Program-made: the position numbers and the translations under genes | Source of the DNA: Chiloscyllium plagiosum | Lineage: Eukaryota | NCBI RefSeq assembly: GCF_004010195.1 | Contig: NC_057751.1 | Span: forward strand, 6,704,863-6,767,770 | DNA length: 62,908 nt | Direction of reading: 5' to 3' | Notes under the pieces: model-generated | Databases searched by the model: none | Told to the model about the DNA's origin: nothing | Seen by the model: the letters and a program-made list of their open reading frames with translations, nothing else | Part shown: in pieces, positions 47,507 through 61,074 of the stretch | How the letters are laid out: every line of letters starts with the position of its first letter | How positions within the stretch are numbered: the first letter of the stretch is position 1

Positions 47507-48812
47507 TGGCGGCTATGTCAAACAGTCCCTCTTCAATATCTACTCAGGCACTGTGCCCCTAATCTTCCGCTGTTATATTGATGTCTGCATCGGCGCAGCG
47601 TCCTGCACTCCGGCTGAACCGGGGCAGTTCAACGATTTCACCCACAACTTCTACCTTGCCCTCAACTTTATTTGGTCCATCTCAGACACTTCCCTCCCCT
47701 TTCTTGACCTCTCCATTTCCAATTCCAGCAACAGTCTCTAGATGGATGTTTACTACAAACCCACAGACTCCCCTAACTACCAGGACTATCCCTCCTCCCA
47801 CCTCCTGCAAGAACTCCATCCTGTTCTCCTGATTCTTCCACCTCCACATCTGCTTGGACAAGGAGACATTACTCTCCCAAGCACCCTAGATGTTCACCTG
47901 TTTCGAACAATGTGCTTTTCCTCCCTCTATCATCCACACAGCCCTCCACTGCTCCACCTCCATTCCCCGTTCCACTGTTCTAAACCCCCCACCTCCAAAT
48001 GTAATGAAGACAGAGTCCCCCTTGTCCTCACCTAACATCCCATTAGTCTCCGCATCCAACACATCATTCTTAATCACTTCTGCCAACTCTGACTGGACTC
48101 ACTGCCAAGAATATCTTCCCCTGCCTACCCTTCTGCAAGGATCGCTTCCTTCTTCAGTCCTTGGTTCACACCACACTCCCCACCAACCTGCCTGAACCCC
48201 TTGGAACCTTCCCCTGCAACCAGAAAGGATGCAAAACCTCCATCCAGGGTTCCAGACAGAGGTTCACTTGCCTCTCTTCCAACCTAGTTTGCTGCATCAG
48301 TTGCTCCCAATGTGGTCTGCTCTGCATCGGGGAGACCAAACATAAACTTAGGGAACTTCTCAGCTGGGCCCACAGGGGCTGACCAGATGACCCAGTCACC
48401 GCCCATTTTAATTCCCCTTCCCACTCCCTTTCTGACATGACCATCCTTGGCCTCTTCCTTTGCCGCAGCAAACCAAACTGCAAATTGGAGGAACAAGACC
48501 TCATCGTCTGCCTGGGCAGCCTACAGCCTGGAGGACTCCAATTTCAAAATAATCTCCCTTCCCATCCCCCCGACTCCCTTCCCAGCCTCTCCCCGCCACC
48601 TACCAGTCCTCCCATTGACCAACCGGGTCGTACCCTCTGCCTGTCTTCACCTATCCGCACATCACCACCCTGCCCCCCCCCCGCCGTGATCTGCAGCTCC
48701 CTTGACATCCACTGCCAGTCCTGAAGAAGTGTTACACCTGAAATGTCGACTTCTTCACCTGCTCATGTTGCCTGGTTTGCTGTGTTCTTTCAGGCTCCTG
48801 CTTGTCAACTTG
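47507..48812 (+). mobile_element. Penelope-like retroelement (family C), 5'-truncated
   Basis: GYVKQSLF..FRCYIDVCIGA, SLPFLDL, VYYKPTDS, LVCCISCSQCGLLCIGETK, KLEEQDLI; degenerate hammerhead at 48717-48751. Confidence 0.92.
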
Positions 48813-51019
48813 GCAGTAAATAACTGTTGTCGCACTCTGCAACTCAATCAAAGGGCTGTTATCAGGTAGAATTCCCTCAACTCCAAGGATCTATCGTGCT
48901 GTGCAGTTTCAAATTATCTGTCTTTTTGCTTCCGAAATGCAAATTTGAATTGCACAGCTCAACAAGGTGCAACACTTGACTTAGAAGTTGTCCAGCTTTT
49001 GATATTCCAGCTACCGTACTTCAATTTCCATTTCACTTTATTGTCCCAAAGAACTGACAAATATCTGGTCTCCTTGCACCCTGATATTTTTAACGCATAA
49101 AAAGTGAAAACCATGCCCAAGTTATCTTTGAACAACAAATTTAGAAAATTAGATTGTGCCTTCCTCGTGGAATGCGCCTGATTATTGATTAAATAACATG
49201 ATTATTTTCTGCACACTAGCAAATTGTTTTGGAATGGGAGGGAAATGAGGTGGACCTGCCAATTGAATTTCACAGCCTTTGATTGGAAGGCACATAAAGT
49301 CATCTTTTACAGTGTGAAAATTGAAAAAGTACTTTCTTGGATTTCTGGACACAGCCTAGCAATGGAAACTGTGTAGGTCTGGTGTATCAATTCAAATTCT
49401 GGGCTTGTGTGGAAAATCTTTATTTCTTTGTTTTGCAATAATATCACAATGGCTATGAATGGAGCAAGGAAATTATAGATATTGCAAATGTGCAACAGAG
49501 CAAAGTAGTTATGGGAGTTCTTTCTAGCATCTGTAAAGGGAAAGCACAGTTTGGTCAGCCATTGTAGAGGTTGTGTGGTGCAAGGAACTTGATGCTTTCA
49601 TGAAATTAGAACTACAATTTGTGTGCTATCACACCTAGTCAAAACAGGTGCCCGTTGTGTGGAAGAGAGCAGCAAACCGCTCACCCTATTATAATGTCTC
49701 ATTCACCACTGACAGCAGTGGACCTAGGTTTTGGTGTCACTGACACAATCTACTCAATTTTGTGCTTTTCAGAAGAAGATTTTCAACTTGCCGTTAGAAA
49801 GCAAAAGTAAACGAACGGCCTGCTGCCGATTCATCAATGTTCCATTGCAAACTAATCCTGCTCCCTACTGCTGCTCAATCTACTTCTCACTTCCCATCAT
49901 CAGTTCATCAGAATTTGTGAGCTCCTTGCTGTTATTGCTGACAAAGTACCTTATGGAATGAAATCATTTTAACAGTTTAAGCTGCACAAATATTTTGCTG
50001 CAGTGAGTGAAGTCTGAGAATTTAATGTCCTGTTCCTGACCTACATTAACAATTTTCTACTTCGATAGCAGCTTCAATGTCCAAAGGCATCCCACAATAA
50101 CATGTACCTATGACCTTAACCTTTTCAATTGAGAAGCAATTACTTTGCTCTGCCATTTGCTTCCTTGTTGGACAATATTAGAATAGATGCATTTGCATGC
50201 TGAAGTATTTCAGATATCATTCTTACATAACAATTTTTCTGCTAATCAATACACACGTCATCAGAAATGCCAAAATGAATCAACAATGGTGCTTGTGCTG
50301 TTTTGATGTCTGTTCACCTTGTTTCAAATGAGATTAATGACATATCAATTTATAACTGACCAAGAGCCATAAATTGACCTTGGTTGTCAAGTTTTTAGGT
50401 GGAGATTGGCTCACTCGCATTGATCAGTGGTGCCTGAGAAATGGATATTCCGCTATTCATGCCTGCGTCTCGAGTATTCAGTGTCCTTGAAAGGAACAAA
50501 CCTGACTTGGAAGGGAAGCAAAACCATAGTGTAGCAGACTGTAATACTGTCTAAAACATTGGACAAACTGATAAGGACCCTGAGAAACAGCAAGAAAACT
50601 ATCCTATAATTCTGTAGTAATAGAGAGTCAGTGCAGAATGGCTCTGTCTGATTTCATTACTGAGAGTTATGGATAAATTCATACCTTTTTTGCTCCATGT
50701 CCCATTTCGTCCTAATTAAAAAATAGAGAACTGTTTGCAATTCAGTGACTGCTGGAATAGTGGCTGTGGAATATTCAGAAAACAGAAGATTTCGCCCTGA
50801 AACAACAGTCAAGTCCTTGGCAGTTCTGTCAGATAGTGTTTTAATATTGTTGAATATCAACCTAAGTAGTTTTCTATTGTATATGTCTCAATGAACTGCT
50901 TTCACTCTTACACACTTATTACAAACCAACTGATAAAGAGGATTGTGCCTCTGTTAAAGTATTTGTCCACTTATTTTTGGAACTGAATCATTCCATGTGC
51001 CTCAGTTTATTCTCAAACT

Positions 51020-53150
51020 GTTCATAGAATGACAGTCCAGAAGAGGCCCTTTGGCCCATTTGTCTGTAATATCAAAATTATGCTGAGTTGACAAGTCCGA
51101 CTTGGCCCATAGCCTGCAATTTAATGACATTTCGAGTGCTCTTCAAGTACTCATCCATGTTCCTCAATATTATTCCCCCTCAGCCTTTGCTGCTGAAAAG
51201 TAAACAACCTCAACTATCCAGCTTCTCTACAGCTGAAGCGTGCCAATCCAGGCAATCTCCACTGCACCCATGCCAGTGCATCTTTCCTGTAGTATGGTGA
51301 TCAGAACTGCATACAGTACTCCAGCTGTGGCCCAAGCAAAGTCCTGTACAACTCCCTGTGCTTATAACCTACGCGGAGAAAAAGTGAATACTGCAGATGC
51401 TGGAGATCAGAATCGAGAGTGTTGTGCTGGAAAAGCACAGCAGGTCATGCAGCATCCAAGGAGCAATAGAAATTGATATTTCAGGCTTAAGCCCTTCATC
51501 AGGAATGAGGCTTGTAGGCCAGGGGGGATGAGAAACAAATGTGAGGGAGGTGGGGTTGGGGAGGGCAAGATAGCTAAGAATGCAATAGGGAGATGAAGTG
51601 AAGGGAGAATGTGATAGGTAGGAGAGGAGGGTGAAGCGGATAGATGGGAAAGGTGATGGACAGATCAGGAGGGTGGTGCTGAGTTGGAGGCTAGGGACTG
51701 GGATAATGTGGAGGGAAGGGGAATTGAGGAAACTGGTGAAATCCACATTGATCCCATGTGGTTGCAGGTTCCGAAGGTAGAATATGAGGCGTTCTTCCTC
51801 TAGGTGTCGGGTGCTAAGGGTTTGGTGATGGAGGAGGCCCAGGACCTGCATGTCCTTGGCAGAGTGGGAGGGGGAGTTGAAGTGTTCAGCCACGGGGCAG
51901 TGGGATTAGTTGGTGCGGGTGTCCCAGAGATGTTCCCTGAAACTATCCACAAGTTGGCATCCTGTCTCCCCAAAGTACAGGAGACCACATTGGGTGCAAT
52001 GGCTATAGTAGATGACATTTATGGAGGTACAGGTAAATTTCTGTCATATGTGGAAGGATCGTTTGGGGCCTTGGACGGAGGTGAAGGCAGAGGCTTTACA
52101 CATCCTGCGGTGGCAGGGGAAGGTGCCAGGAGTGGAGTGTGGGCTGGTTGGGGTCGTGGACCTGACGAGGGAGTCGCGGAGGGAATGGTCTCTCCCAAAT
52201 GCTGATAGGGGTGGGAGGGAAATATCTCTGTGGTGATGGTGTCCGTTTGTAGGTGGATGAAGTGGCAGAGCATGATGCGATGTATACGGAGGTTAGTGGG
52301 GTAGAGGGTGAGGACCAGGGATTGGGACGGGTTGGGGAAGGGGTTCTGCCTAAACTTATAAAGGCAAGAGTCAGATGCTTTCTTAATTAGCCTTGTAATC
52401 CACCCTGCCACCTTCATAGCTTGAAGGTAAAGCATCCCAACATTCTCTGTTCCTCAGTTTCCTGATGTCCTGTCATCCATTGAATACGCTTTTGTTTTGC
52501 ACTTTGGAAGACATATCATCACCTGGCCCTTTTCAGGATCAAATTCCATCTGATCTATCCATTTATATCTTCCTGCAACCAAAGACTTTCTTTCTCACAG
52601 TCAAGCACCTAGACAATCATTTTGTCACCTGCAAACTTAGCTAAGATTCCTCCCACATTCTCATCTATCTCCATCATTAATTAAAGTCACAAAAAGTAAG
52701 GGACCCAACACTGATCCCTTTGGTATGCCACTGGACACTAGCTTCCAGCCACACAAACAGCTTTCAAACACCACCCTGTGCCTTGCTGTAAATTCAATTT
52801 TGGGTCCAACTTGCCCTGTTACCCTTGATCCAATGTGCTTTCAGCTTCTTCATCAGTATCCATTGCGGGACCTTGTCAAAGGCCTTGCTGAAATCCATAT
52901 AGCTGCATTATCGTCACTGTCCTCATCTGCATGCTTGGTCACTTCCTTGAAAAATTTAACTAGGTTTGTTAGCCAGGACCTCCCTCTGGCACATGAACGT
53001 AAGTTGTGATCAGACGTTGCCTCTGTAAATGGAGATAAATTCTCTCCTTCACAATTTTCTCCAGTTGTTTCCCTATCACTTGAGACTCACTGGTCTGTAA
53101 TTTCCCTGGTTTATCTCCAACATCCTTCTTGAAAAGTGGAACTACAGTCA
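51020..53150 (-). mobile_element. Degenerate CR1 LINE split by a Penelope insertion
   Basis: VVPLFKK..DKPG, DFSKAFDKV, SGIPKGSVLGP in 52340-53150; LEYCMQF and 3' tail in 51020-51370. Confidence 0.8.
51376..52340 (-). mobile_element. Penelope-like retroelement 3' part (GIY-YIG plus pLTR)
   Basis: AEHFNSPSHS..QVLGLLH..LEEERLIFYL..LQPHGINVDF; C-x2-C-G..Y-F-G-E-T-type segment; decayed hammerhead at about 51470-51507. Confidence 0.92.
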
Positions 53151-55187
53151 CTCTGGAATGTTGCCATTGAGATCTTATTAAACAGCAGTTTATTTAAGTG
53201 CTGCCTGCTTGGCATTAATCATTGTTTGGGCATCTTGACAGTTTAGGAACACAGGCTACATTGACTCTACATTCTTCTGGGGAGCCAATGGAATTCACAC
53301 ATCAAGCGTGAGATCAGAGTCCTGGGACTTGGCCTCATTCATGGCTAAAGGAATATTCTCATTAAAAGCTGTTGGTTAAAATTGCTGCTACATAGCAGTA
53401 ATGCCTGACCAATTAGTTTCCTCTTGCCAACCTACCAGAATCCTTTGCTCATACAATACAAAATTGTTGATATGTTTGAAATTTGGCATTCTTGCATCTG
53501 CCCTGCGGAATACAAGATGGAAAGTTGTCACAGCACAATATCTTAGTTCAGCAGTAGAAAAGTTCTGCATCACAGAAGAATCCTCTCCAGGTATGGGAAG
53601 GAGTGTGTCTTGGCATTTTGCCAACTGGTTTCAGCTGATCAACTGACTTAACACACGAATAATTACTGGCTGCTTTCTGTCTCTGCTTGTTTTGTGCCCC
53701 CATCAGAACTTGTCCGTTGTGCTGTTCTGAGTTTGGGCAGGAACGTTGAGCTGGTCTCCCAGTGTCTCATTTCTGTGTTTGCTTGAGAACCTCTCTCAAA
53801 TCAATAGTTCAATCAGAATAAAATGAATTGTGTTTGACAGAGTGGGAGGTGGTTTGGTGCTGGAAGAGCGGGGCAAGATTGGGAGTGGACATCATACCAT
53901 TGGATGCCATATCCCATCACTTGCACGGCAAACAGCGGCCATCATTTCCAAATTGTGTCGTTGTTTCTGATCGTAAATGCCCCAAATTGTTCGAAAAGAT
54001 GACAAAACTGACAAACGTGCTGTGACGACTTTGTTTCACAGTCATTTTGTTCTATTTGAATTATTTTTACCATCTTCTTGGTTATGATTTTTTTAAAAAT
54101 AGTTATTCTTTCTTTCTGCGTGTGCTTAATGCACCCTACTCTGGCAAATTTCTACTACAAAACCAATTCTGGAGCCTAAGTAGTAACATTTTTATGGGTG
54201 CATTGTAAAAGTGCATTGAAATTTTTATGAGCTGAAGGCTTCTGAGCTAAATGGAATTGAACAAAGGTACTTATTCTTTCAGACCTTGAATAGTATGTGT
54301 GTGAGAAAATCTTTTAAGCTTATTGGATAATAGCCTTTTGCTTCCTGCTGATTGACTGAGAGAAATGTTCTATCCCAAGTTCCTGAGTCTTTCAGTAATC
54401 CATCCAAAGCAGCTTGAGATCGGAGTTTATCCATAGGTCACCACACAAGATTTAATGGCAGGCACCTGCAAACTTAAAATGAAAGCAGATAGTTTTAAGA
54501 CTCCGTTATATTTCAGGAATTTCTATACGGTCTACATTTATTCAAATCTACCTTCATCATCTACGAACAACCTTGGCATTATGCCCAGGAATTAATCATT
54601 TGCTTTTGGTTGCATTACCATTGTGTTCTTCACTGCATGTTCTATAGTAAGTAACACATACTAAAGACTAAAGTAATGCTCACGGGAGAAAAGAGCCAAC
54701 AAATGCACTCGCATACAAATCTCCCAGTGTCTGTCTCCCTCCATTTCTCCGTTTCCCTACACCCCTTTTTAGCATTTCTTGTTTTCATTTTCAGCTGTTC
54801 ATAATGTAATCGCAAATGATCACTTCATTTTGCACTTACCAAACACTGCATCCATTTAACAGTTTGATGGATAATATTGTTTCCATTGAATAAACTGAAA
54901 GTAGACCAGCCTCGCGCAGATTGTAGTTACTGAAGCCTTCCAGAAGCTATCTTTGGTGGGATGATTCATAACTCACTCCTATTGGTGGAGGAACTCATTT
55001 GGAGATCAAGCAGGAGCTTTTACCAAAGCTGACGATGACATCGCAAAAACTTATTTTCAGAATTGAGTGTATGAATTGAGGCAAAGACAAATTGCCATGA
55101 AGTGTTCTTGGAAAAGGATTGCATTTACATCTTACTTCTGTGCAGCAGCAGTAACATGCTCATTATTTACATAAACTTACAACACGA

Positions 55188-55529
55188 GTTAGAATTAGAA
55201 TTTGTACAGTGTGAAGACAGGCGCTTTAGCCCAACAAGTCCACACCAATCCTCCAAAGAGTAACCCACCCATACCCATTCTCCTATCCTATATTTGCCCC
55301 TGACTAATGCACCTAACCCACACGTCCCTATGGGCAATTTAGCATGGCAATTGACCTAACCTGCAAGTCTTTGGACTGTGGGAGGAAACCGGAGCACCCA
55401 GAGGAAACCCACGCAGACGTGGGGGGAATGTGCAAACTCCATACAGACATTCGCCAGAGGCTGGAATCGAACCTGGGTCCCTGCTGCTGTGAGGCAGCAG
55501 TGCAAATCACTGAGCCACCGTGCCACCCC
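55188..55529 (-). mobile_element. Full-length HE1-like V-SINE
   Basis: Head GGGGTGGCACGGTGGCTCAGTG (A box), GGTTCGATTCC (B box), V domain, tail (TTCTAA)n. Confidence 0.93.
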
Positions 55530-55610
55530 AAAAGAGTTGTTTTATCATTTGGCTTAAGTCAGGCTATGGGAGCAAAAGATAAAAGATTTTTATTTTCGCA
55601 TCTAATTTTT

Positions 55611-55975
55611 GAGTCATAGAGACGTACAGCACGGAAACAGACCCTTTGGTCCAACCTGTCCATGCTGACCAGATATCCCAACCCTATCTAGTCCCATCTG
55701 CCAGCACCCGGCCCATATCCCTCCAAAACCTTCCTATTCATATACCCATCCAGAAGACTTTTCATGTTGTTGCAATTGTACGAGCCTCCACCACTTCCTC
55801 TGGCAGCTCATTCTACACATGTACCACGCTCTGCGTGAAAAAGGTGCCCCTTAGATCTCTTTCATATCTTTCCTCTCTCACCCTAAATCTATGCCCTCCA
55901 GTTCTGGACTCCCCACCTCAGGGAAGAGACTTTGTCTATTTATCCTATCCATGCTCCTCATGATTTTATAAAGCC
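55611..55975 (-). mobile_element. HER1-like LINE 3' fragment
   Basis: Matches 2891-3265; YKIMRSMDRINRQSLFP. Confidence 0.92.
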
Positions 55976-56619
55976 CTATATTTTGATGGACATAATTTGT
56001 TCTCAAAGCCATGGAGCATGTTTGCTTCAGAATGGAAGTCCTGAAGTAAAATGTCAATTGAATGAGATAAATCAGTGAGGACTGACAACATTGAAAATGG
56101 CCAGCTGACCCCCAACTAATCTCTTTTGAAATCAAAGGTGAAAGACGTTATGTGCTTTAATAGTCGACCAATAGATATCCCTTTTGAGCCAAATACATGC
56201 AGAAGAAACTGATCTTGACACAAATCGTGATTCTTGTAATTTTTATGTTCAAAGCAGATTTGCAAAAGAAATATTGCTGTTCTACAATGACTTAGCTAAA
56301 ACTGGTTCAAGTTTCACATAAATTCACTGTTCCTTTTCTTGTCAGAAAGCATATCAATCATTTTACATACACCAAGATTCCTCAAACACCAATTAGTACC
56401 AGGGAACTTGTTCTTTAAGTGCCATTCAAGGGAAAATGTTAGTCAAGATATCGTGAGAAATGAATAGCATCAAGGGAGGTTTCACTGCAATTTGTTGAAG
56501 GTTAATGCAAATGCATGAGGCTTCAGCGTGAGGGTTTAAGCAAGCTTACACTAACCAGGATACTGAAAAATTTAGCATAGACCATAGACAGATTCAGTAA
56601 ACAGTGATTGCACTTTTTT

Positions 56620-57410
56620 GTTTAGGATTTTGTTGTCCCTGGAAAATGTGTCACTCATTGTTCACTCTGAGTCTTTAAATAAGTGATGATGAACCACTTC
56701 CTTGATCCATTGCACCTGAAATGGTAAAGGTATTCGCACTGTGTTTTTGGGAGACATTTGCAAGATTTTGATCCAGTGAGAATGAGTAGTAGTAATACAT
56801 TTCCAACTTAGAAAGATGAGTAACTTTGGAGTGGAAAGTGCATTTAAGTGGTGCCTCCTCGCATCTGCATGACTAGTTCTTCTGGGTGGTGTTGGTTGTT
56901 AATTTCTAAAGCTGCTTTGGTGAGTATATGCACTGACTGGTGTCGAGGATTCACACTGCTGCACAGTGGGGTGAGTGGATTGTTTAAGGCAATAGAGAGG
57001 ATACCCTTCAAATTAACTGTTTCTCCTGTATCCTGAGAATTGTTTCATTCAGCCAGGCCTTCCGTGATAGTCCTCACTTTCAGGTGATTATCAGGTAAGC
57101 AAAGTTCTGAAGTACACTGTCACTCACCTTGTCTTGGAGGTATCACACTTAGGTGATAATGGCAGTTGAGTATTGGTCAGCAGTGACCCTTTGGATGAGT
57201 GTTTCATTAACAGTAATGCCATTAAATGTGTGAAGGTTGTGATTATGCTTTCTAAGTACTAAACGCTGAAGAATCAGACCAAGTCTAGGTCTTATCCTTG
57301 TCTGATTAATGCCTGAATACCTCAGGATTTGCCAAATGAGCTGAGCACTCATCAGTTATTAGTGCACAGCCTCACTTCTGCTGGAAGACAGGTCATTCAC
57401 AGAGGAGCTG
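56620..57410 (-). mobile_element. Old CR1/L2-clade LINE 3' fragment
   Basis: Homologous to 28305-29035 (GATGAACCACTTCCTTGA..GATTTTGATCCAGTGA..ATTTCCAA). Confidence 0.55.
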
Positions 57411-57759
57411 AAGGTAGAGGAACATATGCAGCATAAATTGTTGCCTTTTCTCTCTTTCCATCTGCACATCTACATGTTGGAGGGAAGGGAACGAAAGAGA
57501 AAAAAAATTATATTTGAGAAGTGTCTATATATTTTCCAAAGGAACTTGGAGGGCTGAGGCTAGGAACGAGTTCCAATTTTGAGAGATAATGGGAGAGATT
57601 TTTTCCAGCCTGCTTTTTTATTTCTTTGTTATAGCAACACAAGAAATGTATCTTTCCCCGTTTGTGAAAATCGCCTTGATTTCCATAGAAGGAAAAGATG
57701 GCAAAAGCAGATGTTGAGAGGCACCACAGTATGTTTCTGTGTTGCAGAACACTGGTTTA

Positions 57760-58090
57760 ATATGTGCATCTGTTATTTCTTATGCAACTTAATATCTTGT
57801 CACAACAAAGGAAATATTGAGATGAACATATACAAGGTTTTAAAAGGTTTAAAGGTGAAGTTCTCTCACTCAGATTTAGGATCAAGAACTGTGATTCAAC
57901 GTGGAAGAGGGAGAAACTCTTGCAACATTGAAAAAAAGAAGTGTTTGGATATGTGTCTGAGGTTCCATAACCTACAAGGTTGGCTATTAAGAGCTGTAAC
58001 AAGAGGAATGAGACTGGAAGGTTATTTGTTGACTATCATAGACATGATGGACTGATGATCTTCTCATATACTGTAAATATCCGTAGTCTA
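57760..58090 (+). mobile_element. Old CR1 3' fragment
   Basis: GNIEMNIYKVLKG; tail GACATGATGGACTGATGATCTTCTC..CTGTA. Confidence 0.55.
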
Positions 58091-58264
58091 TGAAGTCTGA
58101 AGACCAGAAGGATTTCTGAGGGGCAGCTTTGTTCATGCTCTCTTATACCTCCTCCTGCCCTTGCTCCATGACAGACTGGGTCTGCTCTCTGAAAGGTAAG
58201 ACAGGGGCTGAGTGGTGAACACTCAATAGATGTTTTTAATATTCTGAAAGACTTCAGTACAGTA

Positions 58265-59010
58265 TGTTATGAAGTTGAAGGCGTGTACTGTACCTTTAAG
58301 AGAGCACTAATGTGTTCTGACCTGACAGCTTACAAGGTCCTGTGTATGTGACTTGATGGCAGTCCCACATTGTATTGGACAATTGAAAATTTGTAACATT
58401 TGGCTGTGAAATGGACACCTGAGTTTTGGTTGCTGTTTTGACAATAATTCAAATTTAACTAGTTTAAATTATGCCCCAGGATATTATAACCCAATTGAGT
58501 TTGAATTTTATTGTTTTGCCAACATCAAACTACTGAGACGATCTGATTTTGGGGATATAAAAAGGCAGGCATTTTGAAAATTGCGGATAGAGCAACTGCC
58601 ATCGAGAGAGACCCAAGAAATTAGGAAACACTCTTTATCAAAGGTACCTTTCACATGAAACATATTTGCAGTAAAAAGAAAGACTACAACCCAGGAAGAT
58701 CGTCAGCTGGAAGAAAACAGACACTGTGTGGTTTTGAAATGAAGTTGATGCAATTTTAATAAATGTCTTATGGGAACAGCATATTATTATAAAGTTGAGG
58801 CAGATAGTAAGCAGGTAAGAGAAAGGGAGTGGCTTAGAGTTGTGAATAGTTGTTGTTTAATGTTCATTTTTAGAGTTAAAAAATGTTATTTTCTTTAAAT
58901 AGCGCAATTTGGGATTTCTTTGTCACTCATATTTTAACAGATTATGAGAAAAGGTCAGCTTTTCTGGGTGTTTGGCTTAATTAAGAGGGGTTCACTGCTG
59001 TGTCATAACA
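58265..59010 (+). mobile_element. Intact solo LTR (Gypsy-like) inserted in an old CR1 3' fragment
   Basis: Perfect 8-bp inverted termini TGTTATGA...TCATAACA; flanks AGTA and GGTA; TATAAAA at about 58556; AATAAA at 58758. Confidence 0.85.
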
Positions 59011-61074
59011 GGTAGGTGTACAGATGCTTCCATTTGTAGGAGTGATCTCATGGCTGGCAGTGGTAAATACTGGATGGTTTTTACAGCCACAGTAAGGAAT
59101 TCAGGAAATATTGTTCACGTGGAGAATGCTGAGAACATGAAACTTAGTCCCACAAGGATAGTTGAATAGCATAGATGCAAAACTAGGTAAGCCTGTCAGG
59201 ACGATAAATGGAAAAAAATGGAATGATATGTTAATAAGGTGAGAGGAAGGCATGTAGGAAGGAGCTGTGAAGAGTAAACACTGTGCTGTTAACATTCTGT
59301 AATACCTTAAGAGCCCTGGGGATAGCTCAATCATATTAGTGCTGTAAATGCAATGTGACCCCAGTAAGGATTTAAACAGGTACATAATGTTAATCACGGT
59401 GATGTTCATTTCCAGGACAAATTGCCCAGAAATAGAGGCTTGATTGTGGACAAGAGAGATATTTAGAGTTCTACTCTGGTTAACGGAGGCATTGCATGAT
59501 TAATCAGATCCTATCTCAGAAAAATCTCAATCTCGTAAATTGGAGACTCTCCCTTTTATTATCCCTTGGTAACAGAGGTGAAATGACTATTTGCCTTGAG
59601 GACCAAAAGCAAAGTTACATGACTGCTGGTTCCTTCCTTCACATCCCTTGAACACTAATTTGCAGTTTCAAAAGAAACCTGGATGAAGTCAGTCACTGGT
59701 TGAGCAAACAGATGCCAATGAAAATGGATTTATAATAGCGCTCAATAGGCTTTTTATATGAATGACGAGGCTTGAGAGATTGGGTTAATGGTAATGGGCC
59801 ACAGCAAATGGACTGCAATAGTTTCAGTGTTGCTACCAGTAATTTCATATTTTAGTGTTTGAGCTACAACCACATCAGGCTCCAAAGGCACTGAAATGAG
59901 GTACTTTTCTATGCTTTCACTATTAGATGGTATATCAAAATGCCGAGAAATTTATTCATTAGTTGAATCTTTCTAACATGTTCCCATCTCAAGCCCTGAC
60001 AGTACATTTTACAATCCGTTACCCTTTCACTTTACTTCTTCCTTCACCAACCTGTGAAGGAGAAGAGACATTTCTCAGCAAAGACAATAATTTTCTTCTG
60101 GGCCCACTCCATTTGACATGCTCTTCATGCCTGGCCGACACTGGCTCATCAGCAGCACATGCCAAACTAAACTAGCGTGTTAGTGTGAACTGGGCACTCT
60201 AATTATTGTCATGAATATTCATGATCACAATATGAGCAGGGATAAAACTTGGCCACACTCTCTCATCCTCCCAAAAGTACCCAATGGCATTAACTTTCCA
60301 AAGCAATCCGAAAGTGACATAATCAAGCAGTTATATTCTCCCAGCGTCAATCCCCTTCCCTCGAACATGGAATAGCTGATCCTCCCAAAAGTAAATATTT
60401 GCTGGGGTCTGGGTGAAGGCTTTCCCCTGCCGTCTTGGTCTGCCGTTGTGATATTGTCTGAAAATATAACTCTTGCTTGCCTTTTTTGTATGCTTTTACC
60501 ATATGCTTAGTTTTAGGGGTCCTCAGGTGTTGTCTTCTGAAGTTCAAGGGCCTCACATGACTTGCTTTGGGAAATTACTCTGCGCACTGAAGATCAACCT
60601 TGTCTCCAAACTTTTGCATCCAAACCAGGTGGGGATGATCAGGCCTACATCCAGAACTCAACATAGAACTCAAGAGCTTCAATTAGCATTTCGAGATTTG
60701 AGGAAAATTGATTGGGAATGTTGCCCAGCTTCCTGTTTGCTTTGTTAATTGTTCCCTTGTCTTGTTTGAACGAGCCATGTGCTGCAGCAAAGCGCTACTT
60801 TTTAAAACCCATTTATCTAGCCCTTGGGCATTTTCTACTGCGAGCAATACTGGTACCCCTCGTGTTTTTGTTTCCAACAAGCAATATTTGTCTAAGATCA
60901 TTGACTGACCTTAAATAGACTACTGTTCTCATCAGACCTCTTCTGGTGTATAAGTTTTGACTCTTGTCCCATTCTTCTGTTTGCTTCAGAGACTTGTACA
61001 GTCCTTCAGTAACCAACTGGAAAATCCTGTCACTGTTGTTATAACCAGATGAAAAGGCTCTCTTTTAGCCCGCT

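Noticed and set aside
49773..49916. Possible 144-nt plus-strand exon (KKIFNLPLES...SSSEF)
   Set aside because: Weak donor, unrecognisable peptide and no other support.
31527..53318. Shared 13-mer AGCGTGAGATCAG at 31527 and 53306, and a short inverted repeat at 31531-31603
   Set aside because: Matches of this length are expected by chance in 63 kb, and they do not extend.
54840..54894. Possible 55-nt minus-strand exon with a GTAAGT donor
   Set aside because: Short polypyrimidine tract, not frame-preserving, no recognisable peptide.
55440..55529. tRNA gene (A and B boxes)
   Set aside because: It is the head of a V-SINE and continues into the V domain and LINE-derived tail.
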